Below the pieces are notes generated by a model. The model searched no databases and had not been told where the DNA came from. It saw only the letters and a program-made list of their open reading frames with translations. A DNA stretch of 56,009 bases, the filler included, from Thelocarpon superellum (Eukaryota), in assembly GCA_026025795.1 (NCBI GenBank). It is 3 parts of 3 records of this genome, joined end to end, with 100 filler letters (N's around TTAATTAATTAA, not from the genome) between each part and the next. Parts side by side here need not be neighbours in the genome. Positions count along the whole stretch, not along the records: positions 18,770 to 37,372 come from JAPEUG010000360.1; 2 more parts are not named here. One strand, 5' to 3'. The position numbers and the translations under genes were made by a program. Position 1 is the stretch's first letter. Each line of letters starts with the position of its first letter. Positions 24,732 through 35,752 of the stretch are shown here, one piece after another.

Positions 24732-26082
24732 ATGTCGAGCGCCACGCATGCGGCAAGGCGTGCGCTCCAGTGCCCGAGATCATTACAAAGTGCTCGAGCG
24801 GTGGGGCATCGAGGTCCCGACCGTCGACATGTGAGCTTCACGGCCGCCAAGCACGATGAACCGTCCACGGCGGCAGCACCTCCGGTCGCCTCGGGCAAGC
24901 TGGACCCGAGCCGGGTCGTCTCGCCTGCACAGGAAAAGAAGCTCCTGAAGATGGGATTGATGCCGATCGGATCTCGCCGACGCCGAGCCGCCCTCCAGTC
25001 CGGCTTGAACGTGCCCTTTGAGCAGCTGCCGTACCAGTGCTTCCAGGAAGCGCGCCAGGTGTTGCAGGCCGATCGAGAGGAGAAGCTGCAGCAGATCGCG
25101 CTCGAACGAGCCCGGATCGCCAAGCTGCAGCGGAAGGATGCCGCGACCGTGGGCGGTGCAGCGCAGAAACAGCGGCGGCTACGGAGCATGCAAAACTACC
25201 TCGAGCAACTCAAGATCTACGCCGACATCAATGATCCGGTGATCAAGAAGCGATACGAAGATGGCCAAGGTCCGCCTCGCAGACCCCTCCCTCGATGGCC
25301 GAGCTTCCGCTAACGTAGCATTGGTGCTAGGGGATATGAACCGGCCCATCTATCGATTCCTGGCTGATCGGGAGTGGCGGGCATATCGGCGACTGCTGCT
25401 GATGCAGCGTCTCACGCAGATGAAGGTGGTGCCGGACATCCTTCCCCACATCGACCCCACGGCCGAGGTCCGACTCGGATTCGGTCGACGCAACGTGCAG
25501 CCCGGGGAGTTTGTGGAGTCTCGGGTCAGCGAGACCATTGCCCGCCTGCACGTGCAGGTGTTTGATAAGGGAGAGCGGCTTGTCAGCGTGGCTGTGGTCG
25601 ACCCCGATGTGCCGAATGTCGACAAGAATGGCTTCGACTACCGCTGCCATTTCCTGGCGTGCAATCTTCCCATCGCCCCGACTCTGCCCTCCCTCCCCTT
25701 GTCGCGCGTCTCGGCCGACACGCAGATGGTCCTACCCTGGCTGCCGCCGTGGGCACAGAAAGGCTCGCCGTATCATCGACTGTCCATCCTGGTGCTGCGA
25801 CAGCCCGAGGGTGCACCGCTGGACGTTGCGGCTCTGCGTACGTCGGTCGTCCGGGAGGGATTTAACCTGCGCAGCTTCAACGACAAGCATCGACTCGTCC
25901 CCGTGGGCGCCACCATGTTCCGCAGCCAGTGGGATGAGGGCACGGCCGAGGTCATGGGCCGATTGGGCGTCGAGGGCGCGGATGTGGAGTTCCGACGACC
26001 TCGGGAGGGGCCGTTGAAGAAGGTGGTGGAGCCTCGCAAGCGAAAGGAGAACCGCGGTGGCGTGCCGAGCAAGCGGCTCTGA
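24732..26082 (+). CDS. MRPL35: Mitochondrial ribosomal protein mL38 (PEBP domain)
   Basis: Motifs PIGSRRRR, PFEQLPYQCFQEAR, ADINDP, G|DMNRPIYRFLADREW, VVPDILP, VDPDVP and QKGSPYHR. Intron 25270-25330. Confidence 0.93.
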
Positions 26083-26155
26083 ACGCGGGCCTCTGGATGT
26101 ACAGTAGACAGTCCTCACGGGACGCACAGAGCGGGAGCGTCCACGAGCCACCGCG

Positions 26156-26875
26156 TCATGTAGCTGGTTTCAGCGGGTTCTCGAATCGTGTGAGCTCCAT
26201 CCGCCACTGCCGGGGCCATCCCCACTCCACGTGAAGCTTGCCGAGGACCTTGCCCTTGACTAGTCCTAGGGGCTGGGGGCCATACAAGCGGGAGTCCCGC
26301 GAGCTCCCGACATTATCACCCACCACCCAACAATGACCTTTCGGCACCTGCCCCGTGATGCGTCTGATTAGCCAATCATGCTCTACTACGAGACGCACGC
26401 ACACACCGAACCCGCACGTCGCACGGAGGTGATCCCACCCACCCACCTGGATCAGAGGCTCATCTGTGCCTGCACTCCCCCCGTCCTCCCCCTCGCGTCC
26501 CGGCGTATCCCGCATGACAAAATCTCCCGGCATGCCCAGCACGCGCTTGATGGTGCCCTCGCCCGTGAGAAAGGGGTGCATCAAGCTGACGACGTCGCCG
26601 ACCTCCACGCCTCGTCCCTTGCGGTGGAGCTTGGAGATCAACACCCAGTCGTCCCGTAGCTCGATCGTCGGTAGCATGCTCGGCCCGTAGGTGCCCTTGA
26701 CCGTGACGACATATTCCGTGACCAGGTGCCAGGTGGCGAAGATCTTGGCCGCGAGGATTGCCTTCTGCGTCAGGCTCCGGGGGGGTGGGGCCGGGGCCGG
26801 GGCCGGGGTAGCCAGAGGAGAGAGGTGGACATACCGGGGGCGGAAGAAATGCCAAAACCGCCCACGGAAGGCCAT
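26156..26875 (-). CDS. IMP1: Mitochondrial inner membrane peptidase subunit (S26 family, Imp1-like)
   Basis: GPSMLPT (catalytic Ser), IKRV (catalytic Lys), [22 protein letters not shown]. In-frame intron 26348-26446; ATG at 26875. Confidence 0.9.
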   Translation of the reverse strand: MAFRGRFWHFFRPRYVHLSPLATPAPAPAPPPRSLTQKAILAAKIFATWHLVTEYVVTVKGTYGPSMLPTIELRDDWVLISKLHRKGRGVEVGDVVSLMHPFLTGEGTIKRVLGMPGDFVMRDTPGREGEDGGSAGTDEPLIQVGGWDHLRATCGFGVCVRLVVEHDWLIRRITGQVPKGHCWVVGDNVGSSRDSRLYGPQPLGLVKGKVLGKLHVEWGWPRQWRMELTRFENPLKPAT

Positions 26876-27123
26876 GCTCTTACATGTCACGCGAATGCCG
26901 CGCCGCGGATACGTGCTGGGTGCCTCGTAATCTTGGGTGCTGGGACGGTGTGCAAATGCCGCGATTGATGTTGACTGGCGGGAGAGATTGACGGACGACC
27001 TTCGCTTCGAGGCGGCTCTGGCGTCTACCAAAGTCCTCATCAGGACCTGCCAGCACCACGCATTCCAACTGTCTCCCTTGACCCACCCCTCTTTCCTGAT
27101 CCCGTCCCGGTCCACCCGGAAAG

Positions 27124-27903
27124 ATGCGGCAAGTGCGTTGCGCCAAAGGCACCGCTGGAGCTCTGTACCGGGTCTTCATCCTGCCATCCGAGCGGGCTCA
27201 ATCTTCCTTCTCCCTCTCCGTCTCCTCCGCGCGCCCTCTCCCCCGTCCTCGTCCCTACTCCACCTCCCACCTCTCCCGGTTCCGACCATGTCCGCCACAT
27301 CTCCCCTGCACGTCGCAGACACGCTACTACGCCACGACTCCCCCCCCTCCTCCTCCTCCTCCTCCGCGCCGACAACCACGCGACGAGGAGATCTCGGCCG
27401 GCACGATCCAGATCGTCAACGCCGACAACGCGCTCACCGCGCCGCGCCCGCTCCACGAAGTCCTCTCCTCGCTGGACCGCACCGTGCACGTCCTCATCCA
27501 AGTGGCCCCGCCCGACGTGCAGGTGCCCCACGCGCGGTGCAAGGTGGTGGATAAGCATCGCATGCGCGAGGAGGAGCGGGCGCGCGCAAAGGCAGGCGCC
27601 AAACCGCCCAGGAAGATGCAGCACGTCGTGAAGCAGCTGGAGCTGAATTGGGCTATTGACGCCAACGATCTCGCCCATCGGTTGAATCGGCTGCGGGAGT
27701 TTCTGGAAAAGGGGATGCGGGTCGAGGTTGTCATGGCCCCCAAGAGACGTGGGAGGAGAGCGACGTTGGACGAGGCCGAGGCGACGCTGACTACTATTAG
27801 GGAAAAGGCTCAAGCTCTTGATGGCGTTAGGGAGTGGAAACCTATGAGCGGCAGAGCCCTGCATCTGGCTACCTTGTTCTTTGAGCGCCAGCCAAAGACG
27901 TAG
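27124..27903 (+). CDS. Mitochondrial translation initiation factor 3 (Aim23/mIF3-like)
   Basis: Arg/Ser-rich presequence-like N-terminus; PRDEEI..IQIV; IF3 C-domain pattern [35 protein letters not shown]. Confidence 0.85.
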   Translation: MRQVRCAKGTAGALYRVFILPSERAQSSFSLSVSSARPLPRPRPYSTSHLSRFRPCPPHLPCTSQTRYYATTPPPPPPPPPRRQPRDEEISAGTIQIVNADNALTAPRPLHEVLSSLDRTVHVLIQVAPPDVQVPHARCKVVDKHRMREEERARAKAGAKPPRKMQHVVKQLELNWAIDANDLAHRLNRLREFLEKGMRVEVVMAPKRRGRRATLDEAEATLTTIREKAQALDGVREWKPMSGRALHLATLFFERQPKT

Positions 27904-28243
27904 ATTCTGTTGCTCCATGTACTGCATCTGCCAGAAGTAGACCGTCATGTCCAGCTAATCATGGGAACTGTTGCTGGCGATTGCCGTGTCTTTCGTTGAG
28001 CAACGCCCAACAAGAAATGTGAATGCAGATATGGCAAAACAAGTGCAGCTGCAGGACAAGATACTATGCGTACATAGCCCACATCATCCCGTAGGATGAT
28101 GATCCCAACCTCACAATGTTGTTTCCACCACTCTTCAACGCCTGGAAGATAATCTGATACAACCTGCCAATGCCCCAGTCGACGACTCCGAATCGTGGAC
28201 AAGAAATATCAATGGATGTGTACATAGGAAAGGCACACAGAAG

Positions 28244-31200
28244 TCAACATCGCCCATACGTCCGTCGGGGTAAGACAAGTCCATTTGGACGTAGGTTGGC
28301 AGGAATCACCAGGTTCCCTCCGTGCGCAACGTCCACGGGGATTTGCATATGACTCCCGAACCCTTCTTGGTAGCGACGGAAAAACCATGTGAAGAAGGTT
28401 TTGCCCTTCATATCCCCGCCATTGGTCCCGGCTCCGGGGAACAGCAACTCGTCATGGCGATACGATGACGGGATGAAGACAGTCGTGGGACCCGTGGATC
28501 TGGCTCCCGGCGGAGCCAGACTCACCGTCGTGGCCGCCAATTCTTCCAAGAGCGATTCGAGCCAAGCCCGGATGCTCGCCATCTTCTGTGCCTCATCCGA
28601 GGCCTCAGATGCAGCTAGGAATTCCTCGGTGTTGTGTGGAATGCGGAAGAAGCTATGACCCCGGCAGATCACCTGGCGGCCCATCCCCTTGTCGTACGCG
28701 GTCCTGTGCTCATCACACAGATCCGTGTCGGGACAGTAGCGGCACGCCCATCGAGCGCCCTTGATGTTGCCTCCAGCGGGCCCGCACTCGTTGCACCATG
28801 CCTGGTGCTCCACGGATTTCTTGTCGTCGCTGATGAGGACTCGCCTGTCAAAGGCGATCTGCGCATCGGGCGACCGGTCAAGCAGGAGAAGCACGTCCCC
28901 GAGGCTATGGAAGCTGCGGTGATCGAGCGCGAAGTTGTCGAGGATCTCCCTGATCAGCTGGCGTACGCTGTCCACGAGTCGCGGCCGGCGCCGCTGCAAT
29001 TGGGCGGCCGAGGGCGGTGCGGTCCGGGTCCAGGCAAAGTCAATCGCCGACTGGCCATAATCGTCCGTCGTCTCAATGTTGGCCCCCGCGAGCACTAGCG
29101 CCTGCGTGGTCGAGGTTTGAAAACGCGTCAGGCTCACGGTCAGCGGAGTCAGGCCTTGCTCGCACACTTCCTCCATGTTGGCCTCGGCTTCCAGGAGCCG
29201 CGACACCACGGCGTGGTGCCCTTCCTTGGCGGCAATGTAGATGGCCGACAATGGACCAGTGCCGCCGCGGACCCCGACCCGATGCTGCAGGAGCAAGCGG
29301 ACGGCGTCCGCATGTCCACCCTCGGCCGCAAAAACCAAGGCCGTGTAATGTCGCTTATCCTCCGCTTCGACGTCAACCTTTCGATCAAGGAGCGCCTCCA
29401 TGACGGAAATATGTCCCCGGGCCGCCGCTTCGTGCAACGGCGTCGAGCCACCCGAGTCCGCGCGCTGCGGATCTGCCCCCTGCTCCAAAAGTAACTTGAC
29501 CACATCGATGTTTCCCGCCCAGCACGCGTAATGCAGAGGCCTCACGTCATTCTTGGACGTGACGTCAATATCCGGAAAGACGACCATCATCTGACGGGTT
29601 AGCGTCATATTACCACCCAGCACGGCGGCGTGCAGAGAGGTCAGGCCGTCTGGTCTCAACGCCTCAGGTTCGGCTCGGTTCTGAAGCAGCTGCCCAGCAA
29701 TGTTCTCGTGACCCTTGGCCAAGGCGATCCAAAGCGGCGTCTGATCAGCAGTATTCGGCACGTCCACCACGTTCGGCTCGGAAGCAAGGATCGCCGCCAC
29801 GGTCAAGGACTGCCCGCGAGTCGCCGCTTCATGTAGCGCGTTGTTGCGCGAAATGGTGCCTCTCATGACCTTGGCTTTGAATTGGACCAGAAGCGAAGCC
29901 ACCTCCTCATCGCCGCTGCCCACCGCAGCGTCCAGCGGCGTGTTTCCGAGCGAGTCGCAGGCATTGGGATCGGCATCCTTCTCGAGTAGAAGGCGGACTA
30001 CTTCGAGGTGCCCTTTGGTGGCGGCGGCGAAGAGGGGCGTCCAGTCGATGGGGATGATGGTGCGCGCGTCCACGTTGATGTCCGGCCGCGCCAGCAACAT
30101 GCGCACGATGCCAACATGATTCTCCCACGCGGCCGCGTGCAGCGGGTTGATGTGCGACTCGGAGAGGCCAAGATTGACCTCTGCGCCAATCTCGATCAGA
30201 TGCCGTGCAATGTCTTCGTGACCCCGTAGGCACGCGCGATACAGCGGGGGCGTCGCGTTTGCGCCCCTCCCGAGCTCAACCGCGCCAGCTTCGATGAACG
30301 CCGTCATCACGGCTTGATTGTGCTTGGACAGAGCTTCATCAAAGGCCGTGGTCTGGTCTTCCGTGGTCTTGAGCGTTACGTCGGCTCCCTCGCGAATGAG
30401 CAGTTGCACGACCGCGGCGTGACCTCCTGACGCGGCGAGATGCAATGACGTCCACCCGGTCGAACCCTTTTCTCCAGTCACGGCCAAATCGATATCGGCA
30501 TGACCTTCTTGTAGTAAGATCCGCGCGGTCTCCTCATGACCATCTTGAGCGGCATAGTGAAGGGCAGCGAAGCCACTGCTGTCCGGCACGTCCGGCATGG
30601 CGCCACGCGCCAACAGACGCTGGACGAGCGAAGCCCACCCATCCGTTGCTGAACTTTGGAGAGGCCGCCATCCATTGCTCGCGATCGCTTCTGGATCGGC
30701 GCCGGCGTCGAGGAGCAAGGCGGCGCAGTCAGTGTGGCCCGCCTGGAGGGCGTCATGCATCGGGGTGTCTTGGAAGGCGTCACGCAGGTCGGCGGTCGAG
30801 GTTCGCTCCAAGAGTTGCTTCAGGATGTCTGTTCGGCCGAGCATGGCGGCGAGGTGGAGTGTCGTGGCGCCATTCGCGCGCTCGTTGATCGCCGCGACGT
30901 TGGCATTGTTCTCGAGGAGCACACGCACCACGTCCTTGTCGCCTTTCGTGATGGCGAAATGCAGCGGCGTCGCAAACGAGGGTGAGCCGCTGTCGATGAC
31001 GGCACCATCCCGGAGCAGGAGGGTCACGGCGTCCGGGTGACCATTGCTCGCCGCACAATCGAGCGCGGTCCAACCAAAGTCGTCCGTTTCGTCCACGTGC
31101 GCGACCAGATGATGGGGTCGGAAGCGCTCAGGTATCCACGGCACATACTCCCAGAAGGAAAAGGCTTGGTTCTCGCGGTTGGACGTCCAGCCCGCCTGTT

Positions 31201-34200
31201 GGAGTGTGCGGTAGTCGGCCTTGACGAAGCTGATGTAGGGCCATAGGTTGGTGAGGTCCGCAGCCGCGATCAGGTGCAGGATGGGCTTTGACTTGCTCGT
31301 GTTGACCAGCACCTTGGTAAGGACACAAAAATGGAGCTGCCAGTTCAAGAACTGCTGCGATTGCGCCTTGAGGAAGCGCAGCAGCGCCGGGACCAACGGC
31401 GTCACGCTGTCACCACAGCGCTTGACGTGGATGGGCCAGGCGCCGGCCGCATAGCCATAAAAAGGGTGGTGTTGTTGCAGGCTCTCAATGCTTTCCTCGC
31501 TCAAGGACCATCCTTGGCCGAAGTCGTCCATCTCGAGATATCGGAGACAGATCGTCGCCATTTCGAGGTTCGAGGAGACTCCATCATATTGGAAGCGTGA
31601 CAGCGGTGCCTGGACCCGTCTTTGCGGAAGATGAAGCAAATACTGGCGCAGCGTGTCATGACGAAGCTCGTAGGTGGTACCATTCGTGCTGAGTAGCTGC
31701 CCACACATGACCTGCAGCCAATTGCCTAGGTTCAAATTGGGCCTCATCTCCGCCTTGCATTTGGGATGGGCCTGCATCGACAAGGCCTCGGCGAGCTCCT
31801 CGAGCGTCAGCGAACGATTGGCAAAGAACAGCAACATGAAGACGCGGCGAATGTCTTCCAGGTGGTCGGGGGGAATGGAAGTAAAGGCCTGATCGTAGTA
31901 TTCGTCCATGTCAGCGGGCAAGGCCTCGAGCGTGGCCTTGATGCTGTCTTGATCACCTTCGAACGAGACATCCCTGACCTTGGCCAAGGCTCGGTCGACG
32001 TAGATGAACATGCCATTGGCTTTGTACTGGATCCGACTGATGGCGTAGTCCTTGAGATCGCCCGTGTAATTGGGCGACTGGCTGATCTCATCCATGGTGA
32101 GCTGGACGACCGTTTTGATGTCCTGCTTCAAGAACCGCGCGTTCCCGTCATCCGCGCCGTTCTCCCACAAGTCAATGACCGGATGCTTGGTGGCGAAGCT
32201 CGGGATGGCTCCGACTGGAACGCAGGTCAGAATGACCTTGGCCAGGCCGGCCGCCTTGACTCCCGTATCCGCGACATTGCCAAAGAGCTGCTCCAGGTGG
32301 TGCAAGAATCGCTGGATAAACGGTTGCTGACATTCGTTGAGCGCGTCGATGACCAAATAGACCTGACCGAGATCAGGGTCTTTGAGGATGTTCTCGAGGA
32401 TGCTCCAGAGCAGGTCGGCAGAAGGCGGTGCGCCTGACCGCCGCACATGGGTGTTGGGGGCTTGAACGTGGCGAAATAATCGCTCATTAGTGTCGAGCAG
32501 GCGGTGGACGAACATCTCGAGGATGGGCGGGTCCTTGTCACGGTTGGCCTTGCCTTTGCAGTAGAAGGTGTGCACCGTCGCCCCATCCGCCTCGAGTTTC
32601 GAAGAGAGAAAGCGGGCGAGCACGGATTTGCCACAGCCCGAGGGCCCGAGGATGCACAGCACGTCCGCTTCCGGTTGCCGTTGCCATTGCTGAAAGACCT
32701 CATGCTCCCTCACCCAGGTGCAGGTCCGGCCTTGTGCCTTGGCCACATCGCCTCCCAGATGGACGTCTTCCCATACTGCAATGGAATCGAGGAAGTCCTG
32801 GCGTTCGCGCTCGTCCCACTCTGCCGGCCGTTAGGCGACGATTACGAGATTTCGCGGTCACAAGATAGCCGCGGGGAGGCCCCCCGGCCCGCCGGGGGGG
32901 GGGGAAGAAAGTGGGTGACTGACCTTTGACTGAAGCCTTTGGTAGGGGCCGGAGCCCTGATTCCTTGACCTGGAAGGTTTGGCCTACTGGTATGAGCACT
33001 TGAGCGACGCTCGGGCTAGGGTGGCACAGATACCTTTGCTGGCGAAATCGCGGATATCTTGACGAGCATTCAATGAGTCATTGTGGGACGGTGTGACTAT
33101 GAATTGCTACCGATCAGTCTCGGATACAAGTCACCTGTTTACCTACTACTACTAGTAGGCAAACAGGGAGGCAGAACGGCAAAGAGGGAAAGCGGTCAAG
33201 ACAATCGGTCTCGCAGGCTCGGCTAAACGACATCCGACACCTCCGCTTCCAGACATCTCACTGACTTTCATCACGCAGACCTCCCATCGTCGGTGGTCGG
33301 GGCAAGCGGTGGAATCTTTCAGCCATGGCGTCGTCGTCCGTCAAGGCGGGCGCCGTCGGCTGCGCAATGCTCTGCGCAATGACCTTTTGGATGGCAATGT
33401 CGAGCTTGGTTTGCAGAGTCACAAAGTCATTCTCCGTAGGACTCGCAAATTTGCACAGGTCCTGGTGAGTACGAGCGGAACCGACGGGCCGTTCCTGAGG
33501 GTGGTTCATCTTGGCCGATCCTTCGGGGACGATCTGGGCGGCATCAGCGACGGAGCTCACTCACAGCAGGGTCCGACGGACCACTTGATTCTTGTACGGC
33601 GGAGGCAGCCAGGTCTCCTTTTGCTCGAAAAAGCTCACAATCTCGATCTTGTCCCCTGGCACATTGGTGAAGTCGGTGTTGATGTCACAGAGCGTGTGGG
33701 AGTAGGGCTCCAGCTCTCGGGTCAGCGTCGTCGAGGGGTTGTGCCCAAGCTGACCCCAGTGATAAAGCTTTTGCAGGACTTGCAGCGCTCCCGATAGATC
33801 GGCGCCGTTGTGCGGCGTTCCCAGGAAGATGATGGCCACGGTGCTATTGACGATATTGCCATAGTGCTTGGCGTTGGCCTTGGCGGCGATCAAAGCCTGG
33901 GAGGCGTCAGAAGAGTCCCACTGTTCGGATAGCTGGCCTCTCACTCTTTTTACCACGATCCCACCAAGACTGTGGGCAACGAAAATGATCGGTCGACGCT
34001 GAGGACCGTCAGCTTCCTCCGACAAACGGCGCGCTCGACCCGTACCTGTTCATTCGCGGCGATCCGCTTGTCTGTGAGAGCGTCCAGCAGGTTGTTGGCA
34101 TGGGTCGCGACCCGGCCGATGACGACGTCAGAGAAGACGTTGGCGTTGTAGCCAAAGGACAGGACTCGGGCCTTTTTGAACGAGTCCGACATGAATTCAT

Positions 34201-34433
34201 CGTCGCTGAGCCAGCACTTTTTGCTGCTCTTATCCGTCCAGGTGTCGGTGGCGTCTCCGTTCAGGCCGTGGACGGCGACGATGCTGCCGGCGGCTGGTGA
34301 GCGGAGAATGTGTGTCAGATGGGCCCCACTCACTCGACCACCGCGTCATTGCGGGGACGCACAACCTTGATACTCTGGGTATGTCATGTCAGTCCGTACA
34401 CCGCCGGATAGGCCAAGCAGCGGCACGCACCAT
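28244..34433 (-). CDS. Fungal NLR-like protein: SesB-like alpha/beta hydrolase - NACHT - ~20 ankyrin repeats - ZZ-type zinc finger
   Basis: Hydrolase motifs DIVAVHGLNG, RVLSFGYNA, RPIIFVAHSLGG, IIFLGTPHNGA and THQDLCKF. NACHT Walker A GPSGCGKS, Walker B YLVIDALNEC, then ANGMFIYV and HDTLRQYL. Ankyrins at ~29040-31090; ZZ finger at ~28650-28800. Phase-compatible introns 33097-33265, ~32984-33033 and ~32821-32923 join the hydrolase exons to the 1500-aa ORF. The fusion is inferred from splice signals. Confidence 0.88.
29040..31090 (-). repeat. Array of ~20 divergent ankyrin repeats
   Basis: About 33-aa periodicity of G.TPLH.AA..GH..VV.LLL..GA; counted by eye as 20 complete repeats plus one partial. 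Confidence 0.93.
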
Positions 34434-35752
34434 GTGGCGGGACTGTCAACGCCCAGAGGGCGTCTGCCAGCTGCCGGTCGATTGGACGAACTGGATGACG
34501 GCCGGGTCAACGCGTTCCGCCACCGTCGCTCGCACGTCCGCGACAGCCTCGTTCGTCTCCATGGCGGATCCATGGAGCTTTTATACCGAGCTCCAGCCAT
34601 GCTCAGCCAATCACGCAGAGGCATCGGCGATAGACGCCATCAAGCCTCTCCGGGACAAGGCGCCCTCCGCAAGGTATGCCTGCATGGCCCGCTGCTGGGC
34701 CCCTGCCAGAGCAATGACCATCCAATACCGCTTCGCAGGGTCTCCTATGTTGCTGGCTAGCTCGCGGGCAGTTCCCCCCTACCACAGTATCGAGGAACCA
34801 GCAGGTTCGGGAGGACCTTTTTTAGGTTGGACTTTAGCGGCTTGGCTTGCGAGGGTTGCCCACCCCATCTTAGCTTTAGGTATCACGGGATGTGGGATAA
34901 CCGTGGTTAGTCTACTTGCAGCCTCGCAGCCTCGCGAAAGAGACGATCACTAGCCCACGCCATGGCCAGACCAGGCGATGCGAAAGAGTGGAGACGCAGC
35001 CCAACTGGGAGTGTTCGCTATTCTCGGACGGAGGCGGAGTGTGGTACGAACACTTCGTGCAGGGCGAGAAATATTAGTAGTATTGGGCGGTGCTTGAGCC
35101 AGTCCCATGGCCGGCGCCAAATGCCATGCTCGTCTGCTGCCAGCCTTGTCCGCTGGGGATTCCAGGACCTTTGCGCGTTCCGTGGCGGACTCATCCGTCG
35201 TAGGGCTCGGAATAGCGCAGACCAACGCGGTGCTCCGGTACAGAGAACTGACCTGGCGCGAGAAAACCTAGTGCCCAGGTCGTGTGACGGTAGGACAAAC
35301 GCTTCACTCCGCCACGAGCTTATTGGGGAGCAGCTTGAACAAAGCAGATATAGCATGCTCCGCGAATTTCAACTTGATCGATTGATCAGTGAGGAGTACT
35401 CGTAGTCACCTCACCCTTCCTTATGGCTCGAGCTCTGGACCAGGACTACAGACAGCCGTGGCAGGTAGCCGTGACCGTGTCACCGTGCATTCAGCATTCG
35501 GTCTCTGTCTCCATATGGTCCAACACCAGACACGGTGGTTCGGACGCCCTGCCGGAAGGTCAACGCACAGCGCGCCTGGCTAGGCTCGATCGGGCCAAGG
35601 CCTTTCGCTCGTCGCCAGTCTTACATAACGTCTTAGGTAAACACTCAGGTAAAAAAGTTGCCCATATGTTGCTCGTGCTCGTAGATCTCGACGTTCACAG
35701 GGTTGAAGATATCGCCCGAGCTCAACTTGTTTCTTGACACCCTCCGCGCGAC

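Noticed and set aside
26779..26808. GGGGCC repeat tract
   Set aside because: Only about three units, and explained by the PAPAPAPPP codons of IMP1.
27040..27948. Long antisense ORFs (302 aa here; also 39462..40325, 43697..44488, 46860..47597, 36310..37032)
   Set aside because: They are shadows of GC-rich coding sequence on the opposite strand and have no recognisable motifs.
32760..33400. Amyloid signalling motif (HRAM/PP/sigma) between SesB-like domain and NACHT
   Set aside because: Neither the hydrolase tail nor the linker exons show a G/N/Q-rich pseudo-repeat, and no adjacent effector gene with a matching motif was seen.
35655..35662. AAGTTGCC shared by the EF-Tu and uL4m/mL38 promoters
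   Set aside because: A single 8-mer match, not seen in the other cluster promoters, and compatible with chance.
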